NCBI GenBank assembly: GCA_964608985.1
Contig: CAZSQU010000002.1
Location: forward strand, 50,849 to 114,848
From: an uncultured Spirochaetales bacterium
GTDB lineage: Bacteria > Spirochaetota > GWE2-31-10 > CAYYKD01
Direction of reading: 5' to 3'
DNA length: 64,000 nt
Of the stretch, positions 1 to 10,481 are shown in pieces. The notes under the pieces were generated by a model, which saw nothing but the letters and a program-made list of their open reading frames with translations, searched no databases and was not told where the DNA came from. The translations under genes were made by a program, and so were the position numbers. The stretch's first letter is position 1, and the number at the start of each line of letters is the position of its first letter.

Positions 1-776
1 AATCCGGCGTAAGATCATTGCAGAGGCAGATTGCTACAATTGCAAGAAAAATCGCAAAAAGCATTGTTGTGGATTTTAATGATTTAAAAGAGATTGAAAT
101 AAATCGTAAGAATCTTGTGAAATATCTCGGAAAAAAAAAGAATTACGAAAAGATGTCGGAACGGGAGCTTGTCCCCGGCATTGCTCACGGTCTCGCATGG
201 TCAGAATACGGCGGGTCATTATTACCTATTGAGTCAGTATTATACGCAGGGACCGGCAAAATCAATCTCACCGGTAAACTCGGTGATGTAATGAAGGAAT
301 CCGCACAAACTGCGATGTCTTATATAAGATCGAGAGCAGATATGTTTTCGATAAAATATGAGGATTTTCATAAAAATTACGATGTTCATATACACTTTCC
401 TGAAGGTGCTACCCCAAAGGATGGACCATCAGGCGGAATAGCGATTACTTGCAGCATTCTATCCGCTTTAACAAAGGTTGTTTTTGATGCTGATGTTGCG
501 ATGACGGGAGAGGTTACATTAACCGGTACTGTCTTACCGATAGGCGGTCTTAAAGAAAAGGTTTTAGCGGCTATAAGACACAAAAAGAAAACCGTTATTA
601 TTCCTAAAGACAATGAAAAAGACATGGTTGATTTATCGAAACAGATTAGAGAGAAAATAAATTTTGTATTTGTTTCGAGGGTTGAAGAGGTTTTTTCTAT
701 TGCTTTTGATAATTCAATATACAGAGACTTTGGTCAGAACGGTGTAATAAGTGTGATATCCGCAGTAAATCAATGA
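1..776 (+). CDS. lon: Lon protease, C-terminal proteolytic (S16) domain; 5'-truncated by window edge
   Basis: Reading frame is open back to position 1 (SGVRSLQRQI... resembles the Lon GVRxLER motif). PKDGPSGGI matches the catalytic-serine motif of the Lon peptidase domain. The listed TTG at 18 is an internal codon, not a start. Confidence 0.85.
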   Translation, partial: SGVRSLQRQIATIARKIAKSIVVDFNDLKEIEINRKNLVKYLGKKKNYEKMSERELVPGIAHGLAWSEYGGSLLPIESVLYAGTGKINLTGKLGDVMKESAQTAMSYIRSRADMFSIKYEDFHKNYDVHIHFPEGATPKDGPSGGIAITCSILSALTKVVFDADVAMTGEVTLTGTVLPIGGLKEKVLAAIRHKKKTVIIPKDNEKDMVDLSKQIREKINFVFVSRVEEVFSIAFDNSIYRDFGQNGVISVISAVNQ

Positions 777-1738
777 TTAATAAACCAAATCTGATAATAA
801 TTGACAAATTTGAAGCAGAAATACCTAAATCAATAACACAAAAAGTCAACATTTTTTATAATCAACAGATTGATCGTGATGAATTATCACTGATTATCGG
901 CAATTATGATTATGCAGTTATCTCAACAAGAATCAGATTTGATAAGATGCTTTTGTTGAAAGCAAAAAAGCTCAAATGGATTATAAGACTTGGCGCAGGT
1001 GTTGATCATATTGATTTGAAACTTTGCAAGGAATTAGGAATAAGGGTTTGCAATACACCTAATTCAAATATTTCTACTGTAAATGAATATCTTTTTGGTC
1101 AACTTTTAAGAGTTTATAAAGATTATGAGTTGCATAATAGGATGGTTGTAGAGGGGCGTTTCAGAAACGGTATTAATTATTATAGTGATTTGAAGGGGAA
1201 AACGATAGCTGTTATCGGAGTAGGTAGAATTGGCGGTAGAGTTGCAGAGACGGCAAAAGTTTTTGATATGAAGGTTATCGGTGTTGATCCGTATCTGACT
1301 TATGAACAAAGAATGGTACGAAAGGTTGATCTTTGGACCAATCTTGACGAAGCAATAAAAATTGCTGATATTATTACTCTTCATGTGCCGTTAACTGATG
1401 AGACCAGATATTTTTTGAATAAGAGCCACTATTCGTCTATGAAGGATGGGGTTGTTCTTGCAAATCTTGCAAGGGGTGAATTAATCTCATTACATGAGCT
1501 TATTGAGTCAGGTTTTATAAATAAATTCAAAAAGATTATCATCGATGTATATGAAAAAGAACCATTTGTTCCGAACATTAATAAAGATTTACTTGAATTG
1601 TTTTATTTCTCTCCGCACGCTGCAAGTTATTCGATAGATTCATATATTGCAAGGGCAAATGAAGCAATTGATGAAATAGGTGATATTTTAGCAGGAATTA
1701 TCCCTCATGGAGAGATCGATCCTATTAAAGGGTATTAA
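773..1738 (+). CDS. D-isomer-specific 2-hydroxyacid dehydrogenase family protein (NAD-dependent)
   Basis: GKTIAVIGVGRIGGRV Rossmann GxGxxG. Length and layout typical of the PGDH/GDH-like family. ATG overlaps the lon stop (ATGA), suggesting co-transcription. Confidence 0.7.
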   Translation: MINKPNLIIIDKFEAEIPKSITQKVNIFYNQQIDRDELSLIIGNYDYAVISTRIRFDKMLLLKAKKLKWIIRLGAGVDHIDLKLCKELGIRVCNTPNSNISTVNEYLFGQLLRVYKDYELHNRMVVEGRFRNGINYYSDLKGKTIAVIGVGRIGGRVAETAKVFDMKVIGVDPYLTYEQRMVRKVDLWTNLDEAIKIADIITLHVPLTDETRYFLNKSHYSSMKDGVVLANLARGELISLHELIESGFINKFKKIIIDVYEKEPFVPNINKDLLELFYFSPHAASYSIDSYIARANEAIDEIGDILAGIIPHGEIDPIKGY

Positions 1739-1938
1739 ATGGGTAGAGCAATAAAAATAGCTTTGTTTACTGTGTTTTTTTTGTTACTCTTTACTTTTAT
1801 TTCATTAAAATGCAACCATTACAATGCAGTTAATCAAGATAACACCGGTGATTATATTGGAGAATACAGATAAACCTTTTTTCGGGTAACAACTATTAGC
1901 CGGTTTTGTTAAATAGGTTTTGTGTTTGGAGGTCAATC

Positions 1939-3594
1939 TTGTTCAGGCAAAAAATTTTAGTTTTAATACTTATATTTAATTCATTTCTTGTATATTGTGA
2001 AGTCTTAGATTGGAGTATTAATAATAACTTCCGAAATGAAATATATTTATCGGAAGGGGTTGAACTCAAGAATTCGAATGGCAGGGCTGTGTATTATGAG
2101 CCGGTATTTAACAACACTAATCCTGATGAGAATACAGATCTTTATCTATCCTTTGATACCGATGTTATGACAGATGATACAGGTAAGTATACAATTAGAA
2201 AAAAGGATTACAGATACAGCAGAACAACATCAGTAAAACAAAGTGCCGCTTTCTTTGTCAGTGAAACAAACACCCTTGAACTTGTCGGCAGAAATAACTA
2301 TCTTTTTGAAGCCGGCAGAAATATTGAATCTTTTAATATAAGTTTTTGGATATATCCTGCTACAATGACCAATAATGAGGTGATTCTAAGGATTGGGAGT
2401 CAATTTTTTAATCAGCAGACAGATATGATTGAGGATCAGTCTATTGTTTGCTATATTTTTAACGGTAGAATTGTGTGGAAATTTAACGGATTGTTTATCG
2501 GCTCCGACGGTACGCAAAAAAGCGTAACTGTTGAGGGGTATTCAAGGATTAATCTTAAGGAATGGAATAGTGTTGTTATGTCTTACAATGAATTTACCGG
2601 TTTAACTAAGTTAGTTGTAAACGGGGTTGAGGATGGAGTTGCTCTTGTAACAAGTGATGGTACAACACGCGGAAATGTATTGCCTTTAAGATATAATATT
2701 AGAAATCAATGCCGTATTGTTATTGGAGAATCATATATCGGTGGCATTGATGAGTTTTATATTAATAGGGGATTGACCGGGGAAAGACAAAATAATGCTA
2801 ATTCTAATAACCGGATTGTTAGTAGGGTATTTCAGCCATCGAGATATGGCGGCCGGATATCAAACCCTCAATACAGATATCAAAATAGAAATAACTCAGA
2901 TGTTTTTTTCTATATAAGGTGTTCTGATCAGCCTTTTGCGCCTGATAGTTACGGAACAACAAGATTGCCTGAGAGAATTCCGCTAATGGATTTCTTAAGA
3001 ATAACAGGCAGACTCTCCTCTGCCGAGCGCGAATTTATAGAATTGATGTATTTACGGGAAGATTATGATTATGTTTTGAATAGAGCTGTTCAGGAGAGAG
3101 ATAAGAACAATATTTTAGCAATTCTAATGAAATATGGTTTTTTCTGGAAAAATATTAATAATATTGCAAATTCACAAATCTCCGGAAAGTATTTTCAATG
3201 GCAGGCAGTTTTTATGCCCGGATCATCAAGTACTGTTTCTTCAACCTTTATGGGATTGACTTTAAATTTTACCCCATATAATCCCCCTTCAAAACCTCAG
3301 AATCTTGAAGTAGCCTTTATCGATGGAAAAATCTATTTGAAGTGGACCTTGAATTCTGAACAAGATCTTAAAGGGTATATGATATATTATGGTAATGCAA
3401 GCGGAGAGTACTTCGGTTCAAACGCTTCTGAAGGTGGAAGCCCGATAAGAATCGGTAAAGTGAACAACTATATAATTACAGGCATTAATGACCGTAGAAT
3501 TTATTATTTTAGAATAACGGCTTATAATGATGATAATGCTGAGTCTGAGAGTGAATTTTCAGATGAGGTTTTTGTAAGACCATATAATAACTGA
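1939..3594 (+). CDS. secreted protein with ConA/LamG-like lectin region and C-terminal fibronectin type III-like domain
   Basis: TTG start at 1939 preferred over the listed 1906: GGAGG lies 6 nt upstream and the product then begins with a signal/TM segment (FRQKILVLILIFNSFLVYC). C-terminal ~90 aa has FN3 hallmarks (PxxPxNL...W...Y.I.Y...Y.F.V.A.N..G.S..S). Middle region has LamG-like features, called with low certainty. Confidence 0.45.
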   Translation: MFRQKILVLILIFNSFLVYCEVLDWSINNNFRNEIYLSEGVELKNSNGRAVYYEPVFNNTNPDENTDLYLSFDTDVMTDDTGKYTIRKKDYRYSRTTSVKQSAAFFVSETNTLELVGRNNYLFEAGRNIESFNISFWIYPATMTNNEVILRIGSQFFNQQTDMIEDQSIVCYIFNGRIVWKFNGLFIGSDGTQKSVTVEGYSRINLKEWNSVVMSYNEFTGLTKLVVNGVEDGVALVTSDGTTRGNVLPLRYNIRNQCRIVIGESYIGGIDEFYINRGLTGERQNNANSNNRIVSRVFQPSRYGGRISNPQYRYQNRNNSDVFFYIRCSDQPFAPDSYGTTRLPERIPLMDFLRITGRLSSAEREFIELMYLREDYDYVLNRAVQERDKNNILAILMKYGFFWKNINNIANSQISGKYFQWQAVFMPGSSSTVSSTFMGLTLNFTPYNPPSKPQNLEVAFIDGKIYLKWTLNSEQDLKGYMIYYGNASGEYFGSNASEGGSPIRIGKVNNYIITGINDRRIYYFRITAYNDDNAESESEFSDEVFVRPYNN

Positions 3595-3604
3595 TGGAGC
3601 TGTA

Positions 3605-6600
3605 ATGCAAGTTAAGAGCGATGAGTTGTTAAAAAGGGCTCAGTATTCTATCAGATTAAAGGATTATGATGCTGCAGTCAAATATCTTACAGCTACTATA
3701 AGAAGTGATCCTGAGTACAAAAAAAATGCCGACCTGTTTTTAATGCTCGGTGATATTTTTAAGGATCAAAAGAGATATAAAAAATCCCTTGAGTATTACT
3801 CATTTGTATTAAAAATCAACAAAAAAAGTGTAGATGCTTTTTTAAATATCGGTAAAATATATTTATTAACCGGTGAAAATAAGAAAGGAATTGAGTTTTT
3901 AGAAAGATCATTCGAGATTGACCCAAAAAGATCTGATATAGCTATAACTCTCGCAAAAGCATACAATGATAAGAATGATCTTCAAACTGCAAAAGAATAT
4001 CTATACAAAGCGATTAAAATAAATCCGAAAGATATTGAAGCGTATAATTTTCTCGGATCAATATATTTAGATGAGGGGCAGCTTGATCTTGCTGAAGATA
4101 TTTTTAAAAAAGGTTTAAAATTTGACTCCAACAATCCTGATATTCACTATTCACTTGGCGTCATTCAGGATAAAAAAAACGATTTGGCCGGAGCTTATGA
4201 GGAATATAAAAGGGCGACCCATTATAGACCAACCGATACAGAAGCATTAAATAATCTTGGAGTTATCTGTGAGAAACTTGGAGATTATCCCGGAGCAAGA
4301 ATTTCATATCTTAAGGCATTAAGCGTTAATCCTAACAACACAAAAGTTTTAAATAATTTGGGGCTTGTATATGAATATGAGGGACGGAAAGAAGACGCAT
4401 ATACAACATATTCAAAAACACTAAAGATTGATCAGGACAACGAGAATAGTCTGAGAAGAATAGCTGATATCAGTTATAATTCAGGTGATTATAAAGATGC
4501 AATTAAGCATTATGGTAAATTAATAAGTAATGGTATAAGGGACAAAGAAATACTGCTTAGTGCCGCCGGTTCTATATCGGAAATTGGTAATAACGAACAA
4601 TTAAAAACGGTTTTGGGGTATTTGACAGAGACACATGGGGACGATGCGGTGATTTTAAAAAGGGCATCCGAGTTGTACCTTAAAAACGGTTTGAATGCAG
4701 ACAGTGAATCTATTTATAATGTACTATCTGAAAGAATTGGCGAGTCCGCTGAATTATTGTTTTTGAAATCAAAGATATTGTATAGAGGGTTCAACTACAA
4801 CGGAGCTCTAAAGATAATCAGAAAAATAGATAGAGTTGAAAAATCAGATGATATGTTCATTCTTGAGACGGCAATACTATTGCGTTTAAATGAGTTTGCC
4901 GAGGCATTAAAAATTATTCAACATATTAAAATAAACAAACAAAATGAATATATTGTTAAAAGACTTTATGTAAGTATTTATAACGGCCTTAATATGGTAG
5001 AAGATGCCGGCAGAGTTCTGAAAGAGATAAAGGAAAGTGATCAGAAAAATAATGATTATGATATGCTCAATATGAATGATAATGAAGATGAATTTTATAA
5101 TCATGTTGAAAATCTTTATTTTAATCATTTAGAACAGAAAGAACAAATTGCACGGGCTGAAGAAAAAAGAAAGCAAGAACAAGACCTGAAAGATCAAATA
5201 GAGAAACGAAGGGCAAGAGTTAAGTTATATAGTGAGCCGCCCTTGGTGAATATCGGAGATACAAAATTTGAAAGGTTTGTTGAAGAAGATGATGAGGCAG
5301 TTGATCTTGATAAACTTGAAAAAGAGGTAATTCTTGCAAGGGAAAGAGAGCTGATGAAGGATGATATACCTGAATCAAGTCTTTTAAATCTTGTTGAAGA
5401 TGAGAAACAGGATAATCGCAATAATAATCAAGCTGTATCGGATCCTGTTAATGATTTTTTATCATCTTTAATGAATTCAGATAAACTCAAGGAAATGATC
5501 GATGAAGAAAAGAACAAGGGTAAACCGGCGGATAATTCCAATGATGATCAAAATGGAACTGCGGATAAATCTCAAGACTCTTTAGATAACAATAATCCTG
5601 ATAATATTAGTGTAACCGAAGGGGACGATGAAAGTAATGCTGATTCATCATCGACTAATGAAGAAAAACCTGAGGATGAATTAGAAAATGAAAATATTAA
5701 GGCATCTGATATTGAGGTAGAGGGCGGCATAGAGGGAGACATTGAAGGCGATATTGAGGGAAAATCTGAAGACGGATCAATTAAAATAACAGAAGAGGAT
5801 GAAGATGTTTCTTATGATGATGAGGATGAGATTATCGATAATATTAAAGATGATCTTGATAATATAGATGCAGGTATTAATACAGAGAAACTCGATGATT
5901 ATGACCCGGATATCAGTGATATGGATGATAATTTTGATCCGGATGGTTTTGATGTCGATAATGATTTTAGTGGAATTGATGAGGATGTATTGCGTGATCT
6001 TGGCGGCGAAGATTCTTTGGATGATTTTCTTGCAAATGATGATTATCTGAATGAAGAGGATGAAAATTTACTTGATAAAGTAATAGATGACCTAAATAGT
6101 ATTCAAGATGACTCAATTATGGATGGATCTCTATTTGAAACAGACAATATTGATATGCCGGGGATACCTGTTACAGATAACTATGATAATATGCTGGATA
6201 GCGGAATGCCATCGATAGATGACATGCCTTCACTGTGTTCGGATACAGATTTTAGTGATTATGAGCAGGATGGTGAACTCTCAGGAAATGATCTTGATAT
6301 TGATAAACCGGATAACTTCGATGAACCTATTGATGTTGAGCCGGAATCAAATAACAGTGATATTAAAATTGTTGAGGAAGAAGAAGACCTTGATTATGAT
6401 CCGTATGTTGATTATCCAGATAATCTATCAGAAAAAAACGATGTTAAAATAGATGAGGGAGCAGAAGGTGAGAAAATTGATTATCTTGAAAGTGTTGATA
6501 TAGAAAATAATGATGACTATTCTGAAATAGATTTTGTTTCGGTAGATGAGGAGCTTGAGGAGCTTTTTGAAAGCGGGTTTTCTCCGGATAGTATTCCTGT

Positions 6601-6949
6601 CAATAGTTTAGAAAGCGATTTTGATAATGATTATGATTACAATGCTGATATTGAAGATATTGATTTTGATGAATCGGCAGATATTGATATGATTGATCTC
6701 GAGGATTTTGAGCAAGATTTAGAATTTGATGAGGATAGTTTTAATATTGATATTGATAGAATACTTGAGAATGCGGATAGTATCGAAGAGGAACAAATCC
6801 TAAAGGATTTAGAAAAATTTTTAAGCGGCGGAATTAGTGAGGATGAAAATGATGATATTTATGAAATTAATAATAATCCGGATATAAATATCATTGAAGA
6901 TTTACAGAGCGAATCTGTCGGGGTATTATTTGATTTTCCTGAGATTTAA
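3605..6949 (+). CDS. TPR-repeat protein with central coiled coil and ~550-aa poly-acidic (Asp/Glu-rich) low-complexity C-terminal tail
   Basis: N-terminal ~480 aa shows repeated 34-aa TPR pattern (A..Y...G..Y...G....A...Y..AL..NP). Residues ~500-540 are a K/E/R-rich coiled coil. From ~nt 5230 onward the sequence is dominated by D/E/N/I, including an IEGDIEGDIEG codon repeat at ~5715-5765. TGGAG RBS precedes the ATG. Confidence 0.6.
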   Translation: MQVKSDELLKRAQYSIRLKDYDAAVKYLTATIRSDPEYKKNADLFLMLGDIFKDQKRYKKSLEYYSFVLKINKKSVDAFLNIGKIYLLTGENKKGIEFLERSFEIDPKRSDIAITLAKAYNDKNDLQTAKEYLYKAIKINPKDIEAYNFLGSIYLDEGQLDLAEDIFKKGLKFDSNNPDIHYSLGVIQDKKNDLAGAYEEYKRATHYRPTDTEALNNLGVICEKLGDYPGARISYLKALSVNPNNTKVLNNLGLVYEYEGRKEDAYTTYSKTLKIDQDNENSLRRIADISYNSGDYKDAIKHYGKLISNGIRDKEILLSAAGSISEIGNNEQLKTVLGYLTETHGDDAVILKRASELYLKNGLNADSESIYNVLSERIGESAELLFLKSKILYRGFNYNGALKIIRKIDRVEKSDDMFILETAILLRLNEFAEALKIIQHIKINKQNEYIVKRLYVSIYNGLNMVEDAGRVLKEIKESDQKNNDYDMLNMNDNEDEFYNHVENLYFNHLEQKEQIARAEEKRKQEQDLKDQIEKRRARVKLYSEPPLVNIGDTKFERFVEEDDEAVDLDKLEKEVILARERELMKDDIPESSLLNLVEDEKQDNRNNNQAVSDPVNDFLSSLMNSDKLKEMIDEEKNKGKPADNSNDDQNGTADKSQDSLDNNNPDNISVTEGDDESNADSSSTNEEKPEDELENENIKASDIEVEGGIEGDIEGDIEGKSEDGSIKITEEDEDVSYDDEDEIIDNIKDDLDNIDAGINTEKLDDYDPDISDMDDNFDPDGFDVDNDFSGIDEDVLRDLGGEDSLDDFLANDDYLNEEDENLLDKVIDDLNSIQDDSIMDGSLFETDNIDMPGIPVTDNYDNMLDSGMPSIDDMPSLCSDTDFSDYEQDGELSGNDLDIDKPDNFDEPIDVEPESNNSDIKIVEEEEDLDYDPYVDYPDNLSEKNDVKIDEGAEGEKIDYLESVDIENNDDYSEIDFVSVDEELEELFESGFSPDSIPVNSLESDFDNDYDYNADIEDIDFDESADIDMIDLEDFEQDLEFDEDSFNIDIDRILENADSIEEEQILKDLEKFLSGGISEDENDDIYEINNNPDINIIEDLQSESVGVLFDFPEI

Positions 6950-7086
6950 TATTATATATATGGATAAAAATTATTTTTTGTGTTATAATATTTTTTCGAT
7001 AAATTTTTCTGTATATATAATAGAAACTTAATAATCTTTAATTGGACGGTTTGTTGTGATACAGAGGTGTTTTAGGGTCTTTAAAT

Positions 7087-7416
7087 ATGATTACGCGTGG
7101 TAATAAAAAAAAGAAGGTTTTTGATTCATCAACAAGGGTAAAACTCATAAGAAAAGGGAATGAGTTATTTAGCGGGGGTGATATTGAAACGGCAGAAAAA
7201 ATATTTGCTGCAACAGATTATAAAGACGGTTTGGTAAGACTTGGGGATTATTATTTTGAGAAAGATATTTTTAAAAGTGCAGAAGCTTATTATATGTCGG
7301 AGAACAAAAAGAAGATAGATGAATTTTGTGAGTTATCTGCTTCGATTATAAGAAAATGGCTGTCAGAAGATAAGAAAGTTAACGAAGAAGAAGTTTTTGA
7401 TAAACTTTTAAAATAA
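7087..7416 (+). CDS. small TPR-like hypothetical protein
   Basis: 109-aa ORF with one or two TPR-like helices (A..Y...G..Y). Weak RBS. Confidence 0.35.
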   Translation: MITRGNKKKKVFDSSTRVKLIRKGNELFSGGDIETAEKIFAATDYKDGLVRLGDYYFEKDIFKSAEAYYMSENKKKIDEFCELSASIIRKWLSEDKKVNEEEVFDKLLK

Positions 7417-7457
7417 TATAAATATATTAGAACATAAATAAAATTAAGGATTAAAAA

Positions 7458-8549
7458 ATGTTAGAGAAGATGCACAATGAAGAAAATTCAGAAAAATTGA
7501 ATAAAATTTCACATGACGGATATGAATTTTTAAAACATAATGATATCAGCCGTGCAAAGGAAAAATTTGAAGAATTACTTGAGCAGGAGGCTGAAAACCA
7601 ATATGGGCTTGTAGGTATGGGTGATGTATATAGAAAAGAGGGTAATTTTCAGAAGGCGGTTGAATATTACAAAAAATGTCTTGATTTTCATCATGAAAAT
7701 AAATATGCCATAATAGGTTTAGCCGATACTTACAGGGACCTTAAGATGTTTAAGCAATCGATACAATTGTGGGAGCATTTCCTTGCATTATACGATTCGG
7801 ATGTAACAATCTTAACAAGACTTGCTGATGCGTACAGAAAACTTGGCGATTTTGATAATGCAAAGAAGTTTTTTTTGAAGGTATTCGATCTTGAACCGGA
7901 CAATACTTATGCTTTAACAGGGATAGGCTACCTCTATTTCGACTATAAAAAATTTGATACAGCTCTTCAGTATTGGGTTAAGATGCTTCATATCGAGCCG
8001 AATAATCTCAGGGTATTAACAGCTGTCGGTAATTGTTACAGAAAGAAGAAACATTATGCAGAAGGCATTGATTATTTCGAGCGAGCATTAAGTCTTGCGC
8101 CGGATAATTTTTATGCATATTATGGTTTGGCAGATTGTTATAGAGGGGTTCAAAGATACAAGGAGAGTTGTGATGTTTGGCGAAAACTATTGGTTCTTTC
8201 TCCGAATAATAAGGTAATTATGACAAGACTTGCCGATTCATTAAGAAATGTAGGTGATTTTGATGAGGCACAACATTACTACGAAGACGCTTTAGATCTT
8301 GATTTTGATTATTATGCAATACTTGGTTTAGGATTAATCCATAAAGAACGAAAAGAATATTCAGCCGCAATAGACAGATTGATGACCCTTTACAATATGG
8401 ATAAAGCAAATGCGAGAATAGCTGTAGAGATCGCAGAGTGTCTGGTGGAAAACGGTCAAAGATCAGATGCCCTTAAATTTCTAAGAGGGTGCGGGAAAGA
8501 ATTAAGCCGAAATAATATGATTAATGAGTACATAGATAAGATTAAATAG
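7458..8549 (+). CDS. tetratricopeptide repeat protein
   Basis: About 9 consecutive TPR units (W..L.......A...Y..LG....A...F..AL.L.P.N). AAGGA RBS. Translationally coupled to rlmN. Confidence 0.6.
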   Translation: MLEKMHNEENSEKLNKISHDGYEFLKHNDISRAKEKFEELLEQEAENQYGLVGMGDVYRKEGNFQKAVEYYKKCLDFHHENKYAIIGLADTYRDLKMFKQSIQLWEHFLALYDSDVTILTRLADAYRKLGDFDNAKKFFLKVFDLEPDNTYALTGIGYLYFDYKKFDTALQYWVKMLHIEPNNLRVLTAVGNCYRKKKHYAEGIDYFERALSLAPDNFYAYYGLADCYRGVQRYKESCDVWRKLLVLSPNNKVIMTRLADSLRNVGDFDEAQHYYEDALDLDFDYYAILGLGLIHKERKEYSAAIDRLMTLYNMDKANARIAVEIAECLVENGQRSDALKFLRGCGKELSRNNMINEYIDKIK

Positions 8550-8550
8550 T

Positions 8551-9600
8551 TTGAAAAAATATCTTTTTGATCTCGATTATAATTCTCTTTGTGAACTAAA
8601 ACATTTTGACAGTAAGTTTAGAATAAAACAGATAGTTGATTTTGTTTTTAAAAAACTTGAATTCGATATAAATAAAATGACTTCACTTCCGATTGATTTG
8701 AGAAAAAAAATTGATGATTTGTTTTTTATTAATAATCTCACCGTGGAAAAAAAATATATATCTGAAGATGGAACGATAAAATATCTGTTTAGACTTGAAG
8801 ACGGGAATTTTGTAGAATCTGTAAGTCTTAGTGATATTAATAATCGTAAGACTTTTTGTATATCAACACAAGTCGGATGTAGAATGGGATGTACATTTTG
8901 TAAAACCGGCAAAATAGGTTTTATAAGGGATATGACTCCGGACGAGATCGTATCGCAAGTTATTCTACTTCATAAGTATTCAATATCTGATCAAGATGAT
9001 AAAAGCAGATTTAATATTGTTTTAATGGGGATGGGTGAGCCGTTAGATAATATATCCAATCTTAAGAAGGGATTGTCGATTATTACCGGCAAAGAGTTTT
9101 TTGGCCTATCTCAGGACAGAATAACACTGTCAACCTGCGGGGTTGTAGATAGGATAGATGATTTTTTTGATGAGTTTCCGGGGGTCAATCTTGCAGTTTC
9201 ACTTAACTCAAATATAAATGATAAACGAAAACAAACAATGCCCATAACAAATAAACACAGCATTGAACAAATCGTTAAAGCTGTAAAAAATTATACTCAG
9301 AAATATAAGAAGCGGGTAACCCTCGAATATGTTTTAATAAAATCATTTAATAACGGTGAAGATGAATTGGCGGGCTTTGTTAAAAATTTCAAGGGATTAG
9401 ATGTGCTAATTAATCTTATCCCTTTAAATCATTCTGATGATAAATCAGCTCCGCCATCAAATAATGAGATAATGGAATTTAAAACTAAGCTTGAAAAGTC
9501 AGGATTTACGGTAACAAGAAGGTATAGAAGGGGCAGTGACATCAATGCTGATTGCGGGCAACTCTATGGAAGTTATAAATCCGGTCAGATCTGCCTATGA
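8551..9600 (+). CDS. rlmN: 23S rRNA (adenine2503-C2)-methyltransferase RlmN (radical SAM)
   Basis: CISTQVGCRMGCTFCKTG (CxxxCxxC radical-SAM cluster motif in RlmN context), MGMGEPLDN motif, ~350 aa. TTG start 2 nt after the upstream stop. Confidence 0.8.
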   Translation: MKKYLFDLDYNSLCELKHFDSKFRIKQIVDFVFKKLEFDINKMTSLPIDLRKKIDDLFFINNLTVEKKYISEDGTIKYLFRLEDGNFVESVSLSDINNRKTFCISTQVGCRMGCTFCKTGKIGFIRDMTPDEIVSQVILLHKYSISDQDDKSRFNIVLMGMGEPLDNISNLKKGLSIITGKEFFGLSQDRITLSTCGVVDRIDDFFDEFPGVNLAVSLNSNINDKRKQTMPITNKHSIEQIVKAVKNYTQKYKKRVTLEYVLIKSFNNGEDELAGFVKNFKGLDVLINLIPLNHSDDKSAPPSNNEIMEFKTKLEKSGFTVTRRYRRGSDINADCGQLYGSYKSGQICL

Positions 9601-10481
9601 ATCCACGCTTATATTTTTTTGCTTTGGCTTGTGTGTGTATAATATCAATAATATTGTCTTCCGCTTACTACATTGACTGCTATATTTTAGGGAAAAATTT
9701 TATACTTGATTATGATGAGATTGAAAATTTTGAAGATTTTCTTAATAAAACAGAAAATTTAAATTTTATCAGTGATAAACCTGAATATTTGATAAGGTCA
9801 GATTTATATAACTTTAGATATGATCATGCATTCTATTTATCATCAATTATCTTTTATAATCAAACATATTCCAAGTTGATAGATTATCAATTTGCTAATG
9901 AGTATGTCCGGCAAACTGCAGTAGATATTTTTAATAACAAAATATATTTAAATCGGTATTGTTCATATGTTGATGATGTAAGATTATTATCTTTTAAAAA
10001 GATAAGTGAGGAATATGACAAGCTTGCCGGTATTTTATATGATCAAAATACTACAGACACCCATTTTTTAAATGAGAGAAAAAGATTTGTAGAATTGAGT
10101 CTAATTAAATTAGAGAAAAACGATTATAATAATAATCTTGATTTATTTAATAATAAAGAATTATTGTTTGAAGACTTTGAGAATATTGCAAAAGAACATT
10201 CCATTGATCATCAAACTTCAAATAACGGAGGATTTATTGACAAAGGAATTGAGGAAGAAAAACTTGTACAATATTTTAATTTAGAGAGTAATTATAGATT
10301 CCATAAGGATAGAATCTATAAATTTGAGATAAATGAAAACATATATATATTGAAAATATCAAAAGTATTTAATCGTAATTTAACATATGGGGTAGATTAT
10401 TCATTATATTCCATATTTAATCAATATAAAGATGATATTCAATCTATTTATGAAGATTATACTATTATGATTATTGATTAG
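9597..10481 (+). CDS. hypothetical membrane-anchored protein
   Basis: N-terminal TM helix (LYFFALACVCIISIILSSAYY) followed by a hydrophilic N/Y/D-rich domain. No recognisable motif. Start overlaps rlmN stop. Confidence 0.4.
   Translation: MNPRLYFFALACVCIISIILSSAYYIDCYILGKNFILDYDEIENFEDFLNKTENLNFISDKPEYLIRSDLYNFRYDHAFYLSSIIFYNQTYSKLIDYQFANEYVRQTAVDIFNNKIYLNRYCSYVDDVRLLSFKKISEEYDKLAGILYDQNTTDTHFLNERKRFVELSLIKLEKNDYNNNLDLFNNKELLFEDFENIAKEHSIDHQTSNNGGFIDKGIEEEKLVQYFNLESNYRFHKDRIYKFEINENIYILKISKVFNRNLTYGVDYSLYSIFNQYKDDIQSIYEDYTIMIID

Noticed and set aside
5700-5770. Short tandem 12-bp repeat (GAx ATT GAG GGx, encoding IEGD four times) considered as a CRISPR-like or VNTR feature
   Set aside because: It is in-frame inside a coding low-complexity region. 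The repeats are too short and lack spacers. It is part of the acidic tail rather than an array.
4907-6452. Four ORF-track entries (4907-5128 -, 5194-5421 -, 5868-6050 +, 6219-6452 +) inside the acidic-tail coding region
   Set aside because: They lie in alternative frames of a GA-rich, low-complexity sequence (D/E codons read as I/M/L or S/R runs). They have no RBS and their amino-acid composition is not protein-like. They are artefacts of the repeat.
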